Of a DNA stretch of 64,000 nucleotides, positions 44,956 through 53,694 are shown piece after piece. Each line of letters opens with the position of its first letter. Position 1 is the first letter of the stretch. A program made the position numbers and the translations under genes. The DNA comes from an uncultured archaeon. Lineage in GTDB: Archaea; Hadarchaeota; Hadarchaeia; Hadarchaeales; Hadarchaeaceae. The DNA is taken from assembly GCA_937921735.1 (NCBI GenBank), contig CAKZTQ010000011.1, positions 82,333 to 146,332 of the forward strand. The letters are read 5' to 3'. The notes beneath the pieces are model-generated. The model was not told the DNA's origin. It ran no database searches and saw nothing but the letters and a program-made list of their open reading frames with translations.

Positions 44956-46137
44956 ATGTCCCCGTTCAACTGGCTGATCTTGGTCCTGCTGTCGGTTGCC
45001 CTACTTTGGGCGATCCTCTACCGCCTCAGCCGTTCCTACGATCTGAAGAGGCGCGGCATAACGATCGAGGGGGGCATGCTGATGTGGCGCACCAAGCGAG
45101 GCCTCTGGCTCATCGACCGCATCGCCCGCGCCTCCAAGCGGGGTTGGTTCGCCTTCGGCACAGCTGCGGCCATTGTGGGGGCGATCCTCATGGTATTCGT
45201 ATTCGTGAACCTCGCCGTGAACGCGGCGGTGACCGTCCAGCGACCGGAGGCGGCCGTGCCAGGCGTGAGGTTCGTGATACCCGGCATCACCATCCCCCTC
45301 GTCGCCGGGCTCGTAGCCATCGCGAGCGTGCTGGTGGTGCACGAGGTGGCCCACGGCATAGTGCTCAGGGCCCAAGGATTGCCCGCGAAGTCCGTTGGGC
45401 TGTTGCTTCTGCTGGTGATCCCGGGCGCGTTTGTGGAGCCCGATGAGAGGAAGCTGAATGCCTCACCCGTGCCCGAGCGGCTGAGGGTCTTCGGCGCGGG
45501 GTCGTTCGCGAACATAATATTCGCGTTTCTGTGCCTCGGGATAATCCTGCTCGCGCTCGCCCCCAAGCCGGGAGTCTACGTGTTGGGGGTCAGGGAAAAC
45601 GGCCCGTCGCAGGACATCTTGGAGCCGGGGATGAGGCTATACGAGATAAACGGCGTGACGTTGGAAGGCGAGGAGGACTACTATAGATTGATGAGGAACA
45701 TCCAGCCTGGGGAGAACCTCACCGTCCTGACCGATCGGGGGTCCTTCGTGATCACCGCCGGCAAGCATCCTAGGGAGAACATGGGTGACTTGGGGGTACT
45801 CCCCATCTCCGCGATCTCGCGCTCCAGCTTCGTGAACCCGCTCATCGTATTTGAGGTCGCGATCTTGGAGTTCTTCGGCTATCCCGTGTTCCACCCCTAC
45901 GTGTATTCGACCAGCCTGCCTTGGGGCTTGGTCGACGTGCTCAAGTGGATGTTCCTGCTCAACGGGGGCATTGGGCTCTTCAACCTCTTGCCCGCGGTGC
46001 CGCTCGACGGGGGCTATATCTTCAGGGGGTTGATGGAATGGCTGAGTTCCGCCAAGCTGGCGAAAAAGGCCAGCTATGCCCTCTCCATCCTCGTGCTGGT
46101 GATACTTGTCATAAACATCGCCCCCCTGTTCTGGTGA
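44956..46137 (+). CDS. Site-2 protease family (M50) intramembrane metalloprotease with a PDZ-like insert
   Basis: 393 aa, polytopic. Contains HEVAHG (HExxH) and NLLPAVPLDGG. Confidence 0.85.
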   Translation: MSPFNWLILVLLSVALLWAILYRLSRSYDLKRRGITIEGGMLMWRTKRGLWLIDRIARASKRGWFAFGTAAAIVGAILMVFVFVNLAVNAAVTVQRPEAAVPGVRFVIPGITIPLVAGLVAIASVLVVHEVAHGIVLRAQGLPAKSVGLLLLLVIPGAFVEPDERKLNASPVPERLRVFGAGSFANIIFAFLCLGIILLALAPKPGVYVLGVRENGPSQDILEPGMRLYEINGVTLEGEEDYYRLMRNIQPGENLTVLTDRGSFVITAGKHPRENMGDLGVLPISAISRSSFVNPLIVFEVAILEFFGYPVFHPYVYSTSLPWGLVDVLKWMFLLNGGIGLFNLLPAVPLDGGYIFRGLMEWLSSAKLAKKASYALSILVLVILVINIAPLFW

Positions 46138-46141
46138 TGGG

Positions 46142-46357
46142 TTGCCCCGCATCGTGGTGAGGGTCAAGGTCTTCGGTCAAAGGCGGGATCGCAGGCTCTT
46201 CCTTCCCGCCCGCGCGAGGGTGCTCGATCTGCTCGAGCGGTTGGGTTACAACCCCCAAGTGGTGGTGGTGAGGCGCAACGGCAAGGTGGTGGTGGAGGAA
46301 GAGGGTCTGGCCAGCGGCGACGTGATAGAGATCATCCCCGTCGTCACCGGTGGTTGA
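46142..46357 (+). CDS. ThiS/MoaD-family ubiquitin-like small modifier/sulfur carrier (SAMP/TtuB-like)
   Basis: 71 aa with a TTG start, ending ...GDVIEIIPVVTGG followed directly by the stop. Beta-grasp-sized. Confidence 0.75.
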   Translation: MPRIVVRVKVFGQRRDRRLFLPARARVLDLLERLGYNPQVVVVRRNGKVVVEEEGLASGDVIEIIPVVTGG

Positions 46358-47305
46358 GTGCTTAAGTGCAGCCTTTGCGGGCGAAGGGCGGTCTACGATA
46401 GGCGTTACGCAGGCGTTTTGCTCTGCGATAGGTGTCTGGCGAAGAGCGTCGAGAGCAGGTTTCGCAGGGCGATCTCGGAGCACAAGCTCTTGTCGCCCGG
46501 CGAGAGGGTGGCCGTGGCGATCTCGGGGGGCAAGGACAGCATCGTATGCCTCCACCTATTGGCGGACTACTGCCGCTGGAGGAATTGTAAGTTGGTGGCG
46601 ATAACGGTAGACGAGGGAATAAAGGGCTACCGCGACCGCAGCCTGCCGATAGCAAGGGAGAACGCGGAATTGCTGGGGGTAGAGCACTTCGTCGTGAGTT
46701 TTCGAGACGCGTTTGGGGCGACGCTTGATCGGATCGTCCAACTTGCGAGGCGTCGCCGCACCGGCCTCAACCCCTGCACTTACTGCGGCGTGATGCGCCG
46801 CTCGCTGCTGAACCAAGCCGCGCGGGAGCTAGGTGCGGACAAGCTGGCCACGGCGCACAACTTAGACGATGAGGTACAAGCGATAATGCTCAACTACGTG
46901 AGGGCAGACCTCTCGAGGCTACATCGCCTAGGGCCAATCTATTCGCCGCGGGAGGGCTTCGTGCCGCGTATAAAGCCCCTTCGCGAGATCCCGGAGAAGG
47001 AGATAGCCCTCTACGCCCTACTCCGAGGGCTGAAGGTCCACCTCGACACATGTCCCTACGCGGGCGGCATTCACATTGAGATCAGGGATTTTCTCAACAA
47101 GCTCGAGGCAAACCACCCGAACACGAAGTTCATGATCCTGCGCATGTTCGACAGGCTGAAGCCTGAGCTCACGCGATGCACGCCGCGGTTTGAAGTAAAG
47201 ATGTGTGAGCTATGCGGCGAGCCCACCTCGACGAACATATGTAAGGCATGTGAGCTTCTGAAGCAACTTGGACTTTCCAAGCGGCGAAAAAGGCTTATTT
47301 GCTGA
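46358..47305 (+). CDS. tRNA 2-thiolation PP-loop ATPase (TtuA/NcsA family)
   Basis: 315 aa. The GTG start abuts the SAMP stop. PP-loop AISGGKDS, zinc-ribbon CxxC pairs at both ends (CSLCGRR..CDRC and CELCGE..CKAC), and cluster cysteines NPCTYCG and DTCPY. Confidence 0.85.
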   Translation: MLKCSLCGRRAVYDRRYAGVLLCDRCLAKSVESRFRRAISEHKLLSPGERVAVAISGGKDSIVCLHLLADYCRWRNCKLVAITVDEGIKGYRDRSLPIARENAELLGVEHFVVSFRDAFGATLDRIVQLARRRRTGLNPCTYCGVMRRSLLNQAARELGADKLATAHNLDDEVQAIMLNYVRADLSRLHRLGPIYSPREGFVPRIKPLREIPEKEIALYALLRGLKVHLDTCPYAGGIHIEIRDFLNKLEANHPNTKFMILRMFDRLKPELTRCTPRFEVKMCELCGEPTSTNICKACELLKQLGLSKRRKRLIC

Positions 47306-47321
47306 CGTCGAGAGGTTAATC

Positions 47322-47633
47322 GGCGGCGAGCTAGGCGGGGGGTTAGCGGTCCCCTGTACCAGAAATCCGCTACATGCTGGGCCGAAGCTCGAGGGCGGCG
47401 CTCGGAACCGCGCGTCGACCCGGTCGCCGGCGTGGAAGTCCCGTCCCGCTGGGTCGGCGGTGGTGGGGCCTTGGCCGGAGGGCTGAGGCGAACTGCCTTC
47501 GCCTGCCGAATCCCCCAGGGGCGGAAGTCAGCAAGGGTAGGCAGGACGTGCGGCGCTGGCGGCAAACGGGACGGAGCTTGGGACCGGCCATCGCCGCGCG
47601 GGGAAGGCGTCCACCTCGCGCGCGCTCGCCGCC
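47322..47633 (+). ncRNA. Signal recognition particle (7S) RNA
   Basis: The 5' GGCGGCGAGC pairs with the 3' GCTCGCCGCC. Alu-domain-like GGGGGGTTAGCGGTCCCCTGTA is present. The S-domain helix-8 signature CCTGCCGAATCCCCCAGGGGCGGAAGTCAGCAAGGGTAGGCAGGACGTGCGGCGC closely matches the conserved archaeal CCUGCCGAA..CCAGG.CCGGAAG..AGCA..GGUAGGCAGGACG motif. About 312 nt. Ends are accurate to a few nt. Confidence 0.85.
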
Positions 47634-47636
47634 TCC

Positions 47637-47722
47637 GCCGGGGTGGCCCAGCCAGGCAAGGCGAGGGGTTGCTAACCCCTTTGCGCGTAAGCGCTTCGTG
47701 GGTTCAAATCCCACCCCCGGCG
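47637..47722 (+). tRNA. tRNA-Ser (anticodon GCU), long variable arm, no intron, CCA not encoded
   Basis: GCCGGGG-TG-GCC-CAGCCAGGCAA-GGC-G-AGGGG-TTGCTAA-CCCCT-[TTGCGCGTAAGCGCTTC]-GTGGG-TTCAAAT-CCCAC-CCCCGGC-G. Confidence 0.9.
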
Positions 47723-47733
47723 TTCACGAAATT

Positions 47734-47743
47734 CGTTTTTATT
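47734..47743 (+). terminator. Possible oligo-T terminator after the SRP RNA/tRNA-Ser unit
   Basis: CGTTTTTATT lies 12 nt after the tRNA 3' end. Archaeal RNAP terminates at T-runs. This rests on sequence only. Confidence 0.25.
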
Positions 47744-47805
47744 AAGCCAATGAAGAAGTGAAAGGGAACTGAGTTCACGGTTACCTGGCCGCTCAGGTGA
47801 TACCA

Positions 47806-48345
47806 ATGCCGACCAGCAAAGCAACGGAGGGATGGAACGTCGTCTTGGTGAGCTACGAGGGCGAGGAGCGCAGGCTGCTGGAGGAGCTGCGTGGCCTGGG
47901 CGAGTTCACCACGGTGGGCTTCAGGAGCCTGCTGTTGGGCAGGGTCGGGGAGCTAGGTGCTTTCCTGGAGGCGCTGAGCGGGAGGATGCCCTTCTCGCTG
48001 AGCAGGGTGATCCCGCTGGAGGAGACCTTCTATGCATCGCCCGAGAATTTGCTCGATGAGCTGAAGAGAAGGCTGGAGCCTTTCGCGGACAGGATCGAGG
48101 CGGGAGAGACCTTCTGCGTGAGGTTCGAGCGAAGGGGGTTCAAGGGCCTCATCTCCAGCAAAGAGATGGAGCGTCAGCTGGGGGGCCACCTCTATCGCCT
48201 GCTGGAGCAACGGGGGAAGGGCCCAAGGGTGGATCTCGAGGACCCGGACAAGATAATTACCATCCAGCAGCTGGGGAATCTGCTCGGGATAGGTCTGATA
48301 GATAGGGAGCTCAGGGAGAAATATCCTCACGTCCGCGTCAAGTGA
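47806..48345 (+). CDS. THUMP-domain protein
   Basis: ORF 47797..48345. The ATG at 47806 lies 5 nt after AGGTGA. Contains a ferredoxin-like plus THUMP pattern (ETFCVRFERRGFKG, IITIQQLGNLLGIGL). Confidence 0.6.
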   Translation: MPTSKATEGWNVVLVSYEGEERRLLEELRGLGEFTTVGFRSLLLGRVGELGAFLEALSGRMPFSLSRVIPLEETFYASPENLLDELKRRLEPFADRIEAGETFCVRFERRGFKGLISSKEMERQLGGHLYRLLEQRGKGPRVDLEDPDKIITIQQLGNLLGIGLIDRELREKYPHVRVK

Positions 48346-48397
48346 GGCCGCGTTATCGCTAACACCCCAGCTTTAAGCTCTCCCCGATAAATTTAGC

Positions 48398-48982
48398 TTG
48401 ATGCCCATGATGGATGAGATAGTGAAGTCGTCGCTCTCGCTCTTCGTGATAATGAGCCCGTTTACGAGCCTCCCCATCTTCATCTCCTTGACCAAGGACA
48501 TGGGCGAGGGGCAAAAGGCACTCGCGGCTTCTCACGCGGTAGGCACGGCGGCGATCGTACTGTTCGCGTTCCTATTTTTCGGGCGGGCTATCCTCTCGGC
48601 GTTCGGCATAAACTTCCATTCGCTGAAGATCGCGGGCGGGATACTGCTGATGATATTGGGAATCGAGATAGTGTTGGGCCTATCGCCGGCCAAGTACGGG
48701 CTCAAATATTCCCCCGCAATCTCCTTGATCGGCACGCCCCTGCTCACCGGTCCAGGGGTCATCGTGACCACGATGATACTCGTCCAAGAATATGGATATC
48801 TCGTAACCTCCGTGGCTTCGATCGCGTCCCTTCTTGCAAGTTGGTTCATCCTGTGGTGCTCCCGCTACATCAGCAGGTTGCTAGGAAGGTACGGGCTGGA
48901 AATCGTCTCGAGGGTGATGGGCCTCCTCCTCGTGGCGGTCGCGGTGGAGTTCATGTTGACCGGCATCAAAGCGAGCCTCTGA
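48398..48982 (+). CDS. MarC-family (UPF0056) integral membrane protein
   Basis: 194 aa, 6 TM. The N-terminal LFVIMSPFTSLPIFISL is typical of the MarC family. Confidence 0.8.
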   Translation: MMPMMDEIVKSSLSLFVIMSPFTSLPIFISLTKDMGEGQKALAASHAVGTAAIVLFAFLFFGRAILSAFGINFHSLKIAGGILLMILGIEIVLGLSPAKYGLKYSPAISLIGTPLLTGPGVIVTTMILVQEYGYLVTSVASIASLLASWFILWCSRYISRLLGRYGLEIVSRVMGLLLVAVAVEFMLTGIKASL

Positions 48983-48986
48983 GGTG

Positions 48987-49490
48987 TCACGCGAGGCAGA
49001 GCCTGAGCAAGATCGCGAGGCAAGCGGGCCCGACGACAGCGGCATGTAGGGCGGATTCTATCCTGTCACCCGTGAAGATCGGTCCATTGCTGTAAAATCG
49101 CTCCCGCCCGATCGCGTAGCCGAACGGCCAAAGCCAGAAGATGCCGAACCTAGTTAAGGAATCTATGAACAGGTGGCTCAGATACCCCAAGAGGAAGAAG
49201 ATTACCAGCGAGCGAGGGCCGGGCACCAGTACGGAGACGGTGACCGAGAAGGCCACGAGAGCCCAAAGGTTGTGAAACATTGCCTTGTAGAACCCCCTCC
49301 TGAACCCAAACTCTTGCGTCCTCCTTGAGATAAGGGACTTGGCCCTTCTGAGCAGTACCCTTTCCAACAGCCAATCGGCGTCGGGGAGGAGGGTCCCAGC
49401 CAAGTAAAGGAGAGCCGGGAGGAAACTCAAGTCTGGAAAGCAGTAGAACGCGGCGGAGATGAGTTCCACCGAATTCAATCTCGCCTCCAT
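48987..49490 (-). CDS. Membrane-bound metal-dependent hydrolase (DUF457/YdjM-like)
   Basis: 167 aa, polytopic. Contains LLPDADW and SHLFIDSLT motifs. Confidence 0.65.
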   Translation of the reverse strand: MEARLNSVELISAAFYCFPDLSFLPALLYLAGTLLPDADWLLERVLLRRAKSLISRRTQEFGFRRGFYKAMFHNLWALVAFSVTVSVLVPGPRSLVIFFLLGYLSHLFIDSLTRFGIFWLWPFGYAIGRERFYSNGPIFTGDRIESALHAAVVGPACLAILLRLCLA

Positions 49491-49651
49491 CCATCTCCTC
49501 GCCGAGTATCGGCTGGTTATAACTTGATCCAGCCCCTTAAAAAGCGGTATTTTTCATCCGTATTTAGTCCTGAATCCTCGAACACTTCCGCAGACCCAAG
49601 GGCCTCGCGCCAGTTTTTTAACCCCGCCGATCTAAGTTTGCGCGGATCCAC

Positions 49652-50809
49652 ATGCCGGAGAAGATACCCTCGCTGACGGGTCGGGTGATATTCCAGTACT
49701 TCTACGACGTGGGCGGCGACGTAGAGCTCGGTAGGATCCCCAGGGAGAATCTAAACATCATAGAGAGGCGTAGGGCTAGGGGCGCGAGGATCTTGGCCCC
49801 CAAGTACGAGGAGGTCGGTCTTCGTCCCCTAGATGTAGACTTGGGGGCCCAAAAGATAGATGGGCACAAGGTCACGCTCGAGGGCCACGTGTTCCCCATA
49901 GGCGTCATAGGCATCTACGCCAACGTCGAGTTCAGAGACGCGAGCTTGGACAGCGTGATAAAGCTGGTGGGGCTTAACGAGCGCAAGGTGAAGGTCGCCG
50001 GCAAGGAGCTCGACTTCGACGAAATACCGCGCTCCCTGTTTGAGGACCTAAGGCGAAAGATCGAACCAGCTATAGTGTACCCCTACCCGCCGTTCGAGCG
50101 CCCGGAGGTCTACACCCTAATCCTCATCGCCGAGTCCGACCCGCCGCTTGGGGCTCAGGACTTCCTAACCAAGTTCCCGAAGCAGACGGCCGGCTTGCTT
50201 AGAGGCGAAAGGGAATGGGCCTCCCTAAGCGACAAGGAGACGGAGGATGCGCTGAAGTGTTATCTTACCTATTCCGACGACGACATCATGTTCATCGATT
50301 GGTACGCGACGCTGATAAGCGGCGCCGTCGACTACCTCGATGAATTCGTGCACATGATCGAGCTAGCCAAGATCCAATTGCTTGAGCTCAAGACCTATGA
50401 CAGGCTGTTGGATCAGCGCCTCGAGCGAGCCTATGGTTCCCTTCGTGGGGTCTTCCGTGGGCCGAAGATGGGGATAAGCTGGGGTAGCCGCCATTATAGG
50501 GAACTCTCCAAGGCGGCGAGCGATCTCGCCGAGCTCAGGGTCGAGATCCTGGACCTGGTCGAGGACATGCGCAACATCACCAAGTTCACGGGGGAGTGGT
50601 ACCTAGGCAAGCTTTATCGGCTAGCCTCTGAACGCTTCAGGATAGCCGACTGGCTGGCGCTCGTCGACAAAAAGCTCGACAGGCTTCAGGAGTTATACGC
50701 CATGGCCATGGAGCGCATCGACGTGCACCGCGCCACCACGATGGAATTTCTGATGATGATCCTCATCGCTGCCATCGTGGCGCTTGAGGTGTTGATGGTG
50801 TTGGGATGA
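49652..50809 (+). CDS. Hypothetical protein with a single C-terminal TM helix
   Basis: 385 aa. A mixed alpha/beta N-terminal half, a long helical region, then EFLMMILIAAIVALEVLMVLG at the extreme C-terminus. No family assigned with confidence. Confidence 0.5.
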   Translation: MPEKIPSLTGRVIFQYFYDVGGDVELGRIPRENLNIIERRRARGARILAPKYEEVGLRPLDVDLGAQKIDGHKVTLEGHVFPIGVIGIYANVEFRDASLDSVIKLVGLNERKVKVAGKELDFDEIPRSLFEDLRRKIEPAIVYPYPPFERPEVYTLILIAESDPPLGAQDFLTKFPKQTAGLLRGEREWASLSDKETEDALKCYLTYSDDDIMFIDWYATLISGAVDYLDEFVHMIELAKIQLLELKTYDRLLDQRLERAYGSLRGVFRGPKMGISWGSRHYRELSKAASDLAELRVEILDLVEDMRNITKFTGEWYLGKLYRLASERFRIADWLALVDKKLDRLQELYAMAMERIDVHRATTMEFLMMILIAAIVALEVLMVLG

Positions 50810-50840
50810 CTTTTTTATCCTTTACCTCGGAATTAAGCAT

Positions 50841-50948
50841 GGGCCCGTGGTCTAGCGGTTAAGGAGGGCCAAGCCCTTAACAAACGCCACCCTTACAGCT
50901 CGTTGGGAAAGGTGGAGATCGGGGGTTCAAATCCCCCCGGGCCCACCA
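50841..50948 (+). tRNA. tRNA-Val (anticodon UAC) with two introns (D-arm and 37/38), CCA encoded
   Basis: GGGCCCG-TG-GTCT-AGCGGTTAA-GGA[GGGCCAAGCCCTTAACAAA]C-G-CCACC-CTTACA[GCTCGTTGGGAA]A-GGTGG-AGATC-GGGGG-TTCAAAT-CCCCC-CGGGCCC-A-CCA. The gene is 108 nt against 77 expected. The exact D-arm junction is ambiguous by 1-2 nt. Confidence 0.75.
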
Positions 50949-50979
50949 GAGCTGATAACGGACCCATGAGGCTGCGGCA

Positions 50980-51648
50980 TTACCACTCGTGCCTCGCCTC
51001 GCCCCCGCAAAACTCCGTTATGTACCCCAAAGCAACTTCGCCAGCTCGCGCTAGCAAGTCCCACCCGATGCCCGGCACCCCGCAGACGAGGAGCAGGACG
51101 TTTTTAGTGGATTCGACCACCTTGCTCAAGTCGGAATCGCGGTATGGGTATATCGCCACGAGCTTCTCCTCATCGGCCACGACAACTTCGCCGCCGCCTA
51201 GCCTCATCGGCTTCCTCATCCCTATGCCGAGGAACTCCTCGCCCTCCCTCGCGAACCGCAAGGTGAGCTCCCCCTTGAGCTGCTCCTCGTCGAAGGCGGC
51301 GAGTGCGATGCAGGTCTTGATCGAGGCCAAGTTGTAGGCGTCCACGACGTTGTTCACGCTGGGTATCGGCTTACCAGCTAGGACCCGTCTTATCAACGCC
51401 TCGGCAGCGGGTCTGACTTTGGTCGGGTCTATGCCCGCGCGCCAGAAGAAGTCACGGTAGGTCCTGAATATCGGCACGTCCTTCAGCGACTCCAGCTTGT
51501 AGCTCCGTCTGACTTCATCGTAGATCCCCTCGGCGAACCTCTTCAGCCGCTCTTCACTTCTACCCACCTTTACCCCGTTCACCCGGCCGACTAAAGCGCA
51601 GATATCCGGAAAACGTCTCCTGAGCTCTCGCTCCACCTTCAAGCTCAC
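50980..51648 (-). CDS. B3/B4 tRNA-binding domain protein (PheRS beta-subunit-related)
   Basis: 222 aa with a GTG start. Contains YRDFFWRAGIDPTKVRPAAEALIRRVL..KPIPSVNNVVDAYNLASI. Confidence 0.75.
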   Translation of the reverse strand: MSLKVERELRRRFPDICALVGRVNGVKVGRSEERLKRFAEGIYDEVRRSYKLESLKDVPIFRTYRDFFWRAGIDPTKVRPAAEALIRRVLAGKPIPSVNNVVDAYNLASIKTCIALAAFDEEQLKGELTLRFAREGEEFLGIGMRKPMRLGGGEVVVADEEKLVAIYPYRDSDLSKVVESTKNVLLLVCGVPGIGWDLLARAGEVALGYITEFCGGEARHEW

Positions 51649-51760
51649 GTCTACCCCAATTCGGATTCTCGGCTAAGCTTTTAAGCTTCCCCCGGCAAAG
51701 GCAGGTTTAAATCACTAGGTATAGATTTCCGATGGAGGTGATCGGACGCAACTTAAGAAG

Positions 51761-52093
51761 GTGAGGATGGACAAGGTCGTTGGTTACGCGTTGCTCGCTG
51801 TTGGGCTAATCATAATAGCTTTATCCGTCCGTTCGATGTACAACGTCTTCACCGGGGGCAGCTCCCCGCCGTCCGTCATCAGGCTGAACGACGTCAAGAT
51901 CCCGATACCTTCCGGCGAGGGTCAGCCCCGCGAGGAGGTCCTCCTGATCGCCGGCGATCAGGCCAGCAAAGTCATAAACATGGGGCTCTGGACGATTTTG
52001 ATGCTCTTCGTGGCATCGGCTGGTGCTAAAATAGGCGGACTTGGCGTCAAGATGGCGAGGGAGATAAAAGTCGAGGTCAAGCGCGAAGATTGA
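51761..52093 (+). CDS. Small membrane protein, hypothetical
   Basis: 110 aa with two predicted TM helices (VVGYALLAVGLIIIALSV and LWTILMLFVASAGAKIGGLGV). Confidence 0.45.
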   Translation: MRMDKVVGYALLAVGLIIIALSVRSMYNVFTGGSSPPSVIRLNDVKIPIPSGEGQPREEVLLIAGDQASKVINMGLWTILMLFVASAGAKIGGLGVKMAREIKVEVKRED

Positions 52094-52212
52094 TGATTCT
52101 TTGCCCAATTCAATCATCGATCGACTCGCCGGCCTCGTTCACGCGAGCGATTTGGCACCTTTTAAAAGCGAGCTGCATCTAAATTAAAATTTGATTGACA
52201 GCTGGATTGGAT

Positions 52213-52995
52213 ATGACGAACTTCATCTACTTGCTAGGACCGGCAGGGTGCGGGAAGTCCACGCTCGCTGATGCCTTGGCTACCCAGCTCTCCGCTCAGG
52301 AAGTAAACCATCTCGTCATGAACCTAGACCCCGGCGCCGAGTGGCTTCCTTATACGCCTGAGATAGACATCAGGACACGCATCTCGCTGCAGGAAGTGAT
52401 GCGAACCTATAGGTTGGGCCCCAATGGGGCCCTAGTGGTCTCCGTGGACCTTATGGTAGATCACCTACAGGAGCTGAGGGAGCTCGTAAAGGCGAGGGGG
52501 GTAGACTACGTGCTGGTCGACACACCTGGTCAGATGGAGCTTTTTGCCTTTAGGGAGACCGGCGTGAGGATAGTTAGGGGATTGGGCGAGAGGGCAGCCA
52601 TCTTGTTCCTCATGGATTCCTTCTTCGCGAGGAGGGCTAGCGATTTCACCTCGATGCTAATGCTGGCCACCTCCGTCTACGCGAGATTTGCGCTCCCCCA
52701 GCTGAACGTGCTCTCGAAGGTTGACATGCTTGAGCCCGAACTTCTTGAGAGAGCAGTTCGATGGACCGACGATTATGATGCGCTCGTCGACGATCTGTTG
52801 CTGGAAGCCCATGAGCTGAAGAGGGAAGTATCGATGGGTTTTTTCGAGGCCGTGCGCGGCGCGGGGTTCGCCGGAAGGGTCCATCCCGTCTCAGCGCTGA
52901 AAAACGAAGGGATGCTTGAACTGTTCGCCGCCATACAACGTGCGCTCGGGACGGAGACCGAGCTTGACCTCCAGAGGGAGGAAGAACAGTACTGA
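52213..52995 (+). CDS. GPN-loop GTPase
   Basis: ORF 52195..52995. The ATG at 52213 gives MTNFIYLLGPAGCGKST (Walker A). Also NLDPGAE, the GPN loop RLGPNGALV, and DTPGQMELF. Confidence 0.85.
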   Translation: MTNFIYLLGPAGCGKSTLADALATQLSAQEVNHLVMNLDPGAEWLPYTPEIDIRTRISLQEVMRTYRLGPNGALVVSVDLMVDHLQELRELVKARGVDYVLVDTPGQMELFAFRETGVRIVRGLGERAAILFLMDSFFARRASDFTSMLMLATSVYARFALPQLNVLSKVDMLEPELLERAVRWTDDYDALVDDLLLEAHELKREVSMGFFEAVRGAGFAGRVHPVSALKNEGMLELFAAIQRALGTETELDLQREEEQY

Positions 52996-53026
52996 CGGCC
53001 AACCCCGCGGGTGCATTTGTAGAGCA

Positions 53027-53620
53027 TCAAGCCCTTCTCCTCCCCAAATCCATCACGAAACAAGGGATCAAGCTCATGAGCGTTTCCTCCTCCGGCCTCT
53101 CGAGGAGCAAGGGATCGATGTAGGCCACGACAGTCCTCCCCTCGGCGCTGGGTTTTATCCTCCAAAACCTCTTCAGATCCCTTTGGGCCAGCTTCACGCG
53201 CTCGGCTAACTTGCCGGATTTCCCCAGCTCAATCGATTCTACGTAAAAGTCCGTTATCGCGTAGTCGACCAGCCTTAGGTTGAACTTGATGTCTCCGTCG
53301 GACAGCTCCTGCTCGGTTTTGAGTTCGGAGACCACTGCCTTCTTAAAATCCCCAAGGCTTCTCTCCTTCAAGACGATCAAGGGACAGACGAACTTCGATG
53401 CCTGAAAGAGCGAATCAATCGCTGGGTCATCCCTTAGCTTTGGCACGACGACGAGGTTTTTCCACTCGATGGTAAGCCCCAACCCTTCCGAGACCGCTAG
53501 CCACCTGTATCTAAATTTCCTCCTGAGCCACTCAAGCTCGCGCGCGGCTTTGACACCTTTGGAGCGGTATAAGACACCCCGCAAGTTCTTCACTAGGCAA
53601 AGATATTTCGGCCCCTGCAT
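53027..53620 (-). CDS. Hypothetical protein
   Basis: 197 aa, soluble, mixed alpha/beta by composition. No motif I can assign. Divergent from 53695..54075 across a 74-nt spacer. Confidence 0.5.
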   Translation of the reverse strand: MQGPKYLCLVKNLRGVLYRSKGVKAARELEWLRRKFRYRWLAVSEGLGLTIEWKNLVVVPKLRDDPAIDSLFQASKFVCPLIVLKERSLGDFKKAVVSELKTEQELSDGDIKFNLRLVDYAITDFYVESIELGKSGKLAERVKLAQRDLKRFWRIKPSAEGRTVVAYIDPLLLERPEEETLMSLIPCFVMDLGRRRA

Positions 53621-53694
53621 CGATCTTCAATGCGAGTGGATAGCTTAACCACTTTGCGGCAATGATTTATCTTCGGGCACCGAATTTTCTATAA

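Noticed and set aside
47370-47761. Three ORFs (109-123 aa) over the SRP RNA/tRNA-Ser region
   Set aside because: The region folds as SRP RNA with the conserved helix-8 signature, followed by a tRNA. The ORFs are Arg/Gly/Pro-rich artefacts.
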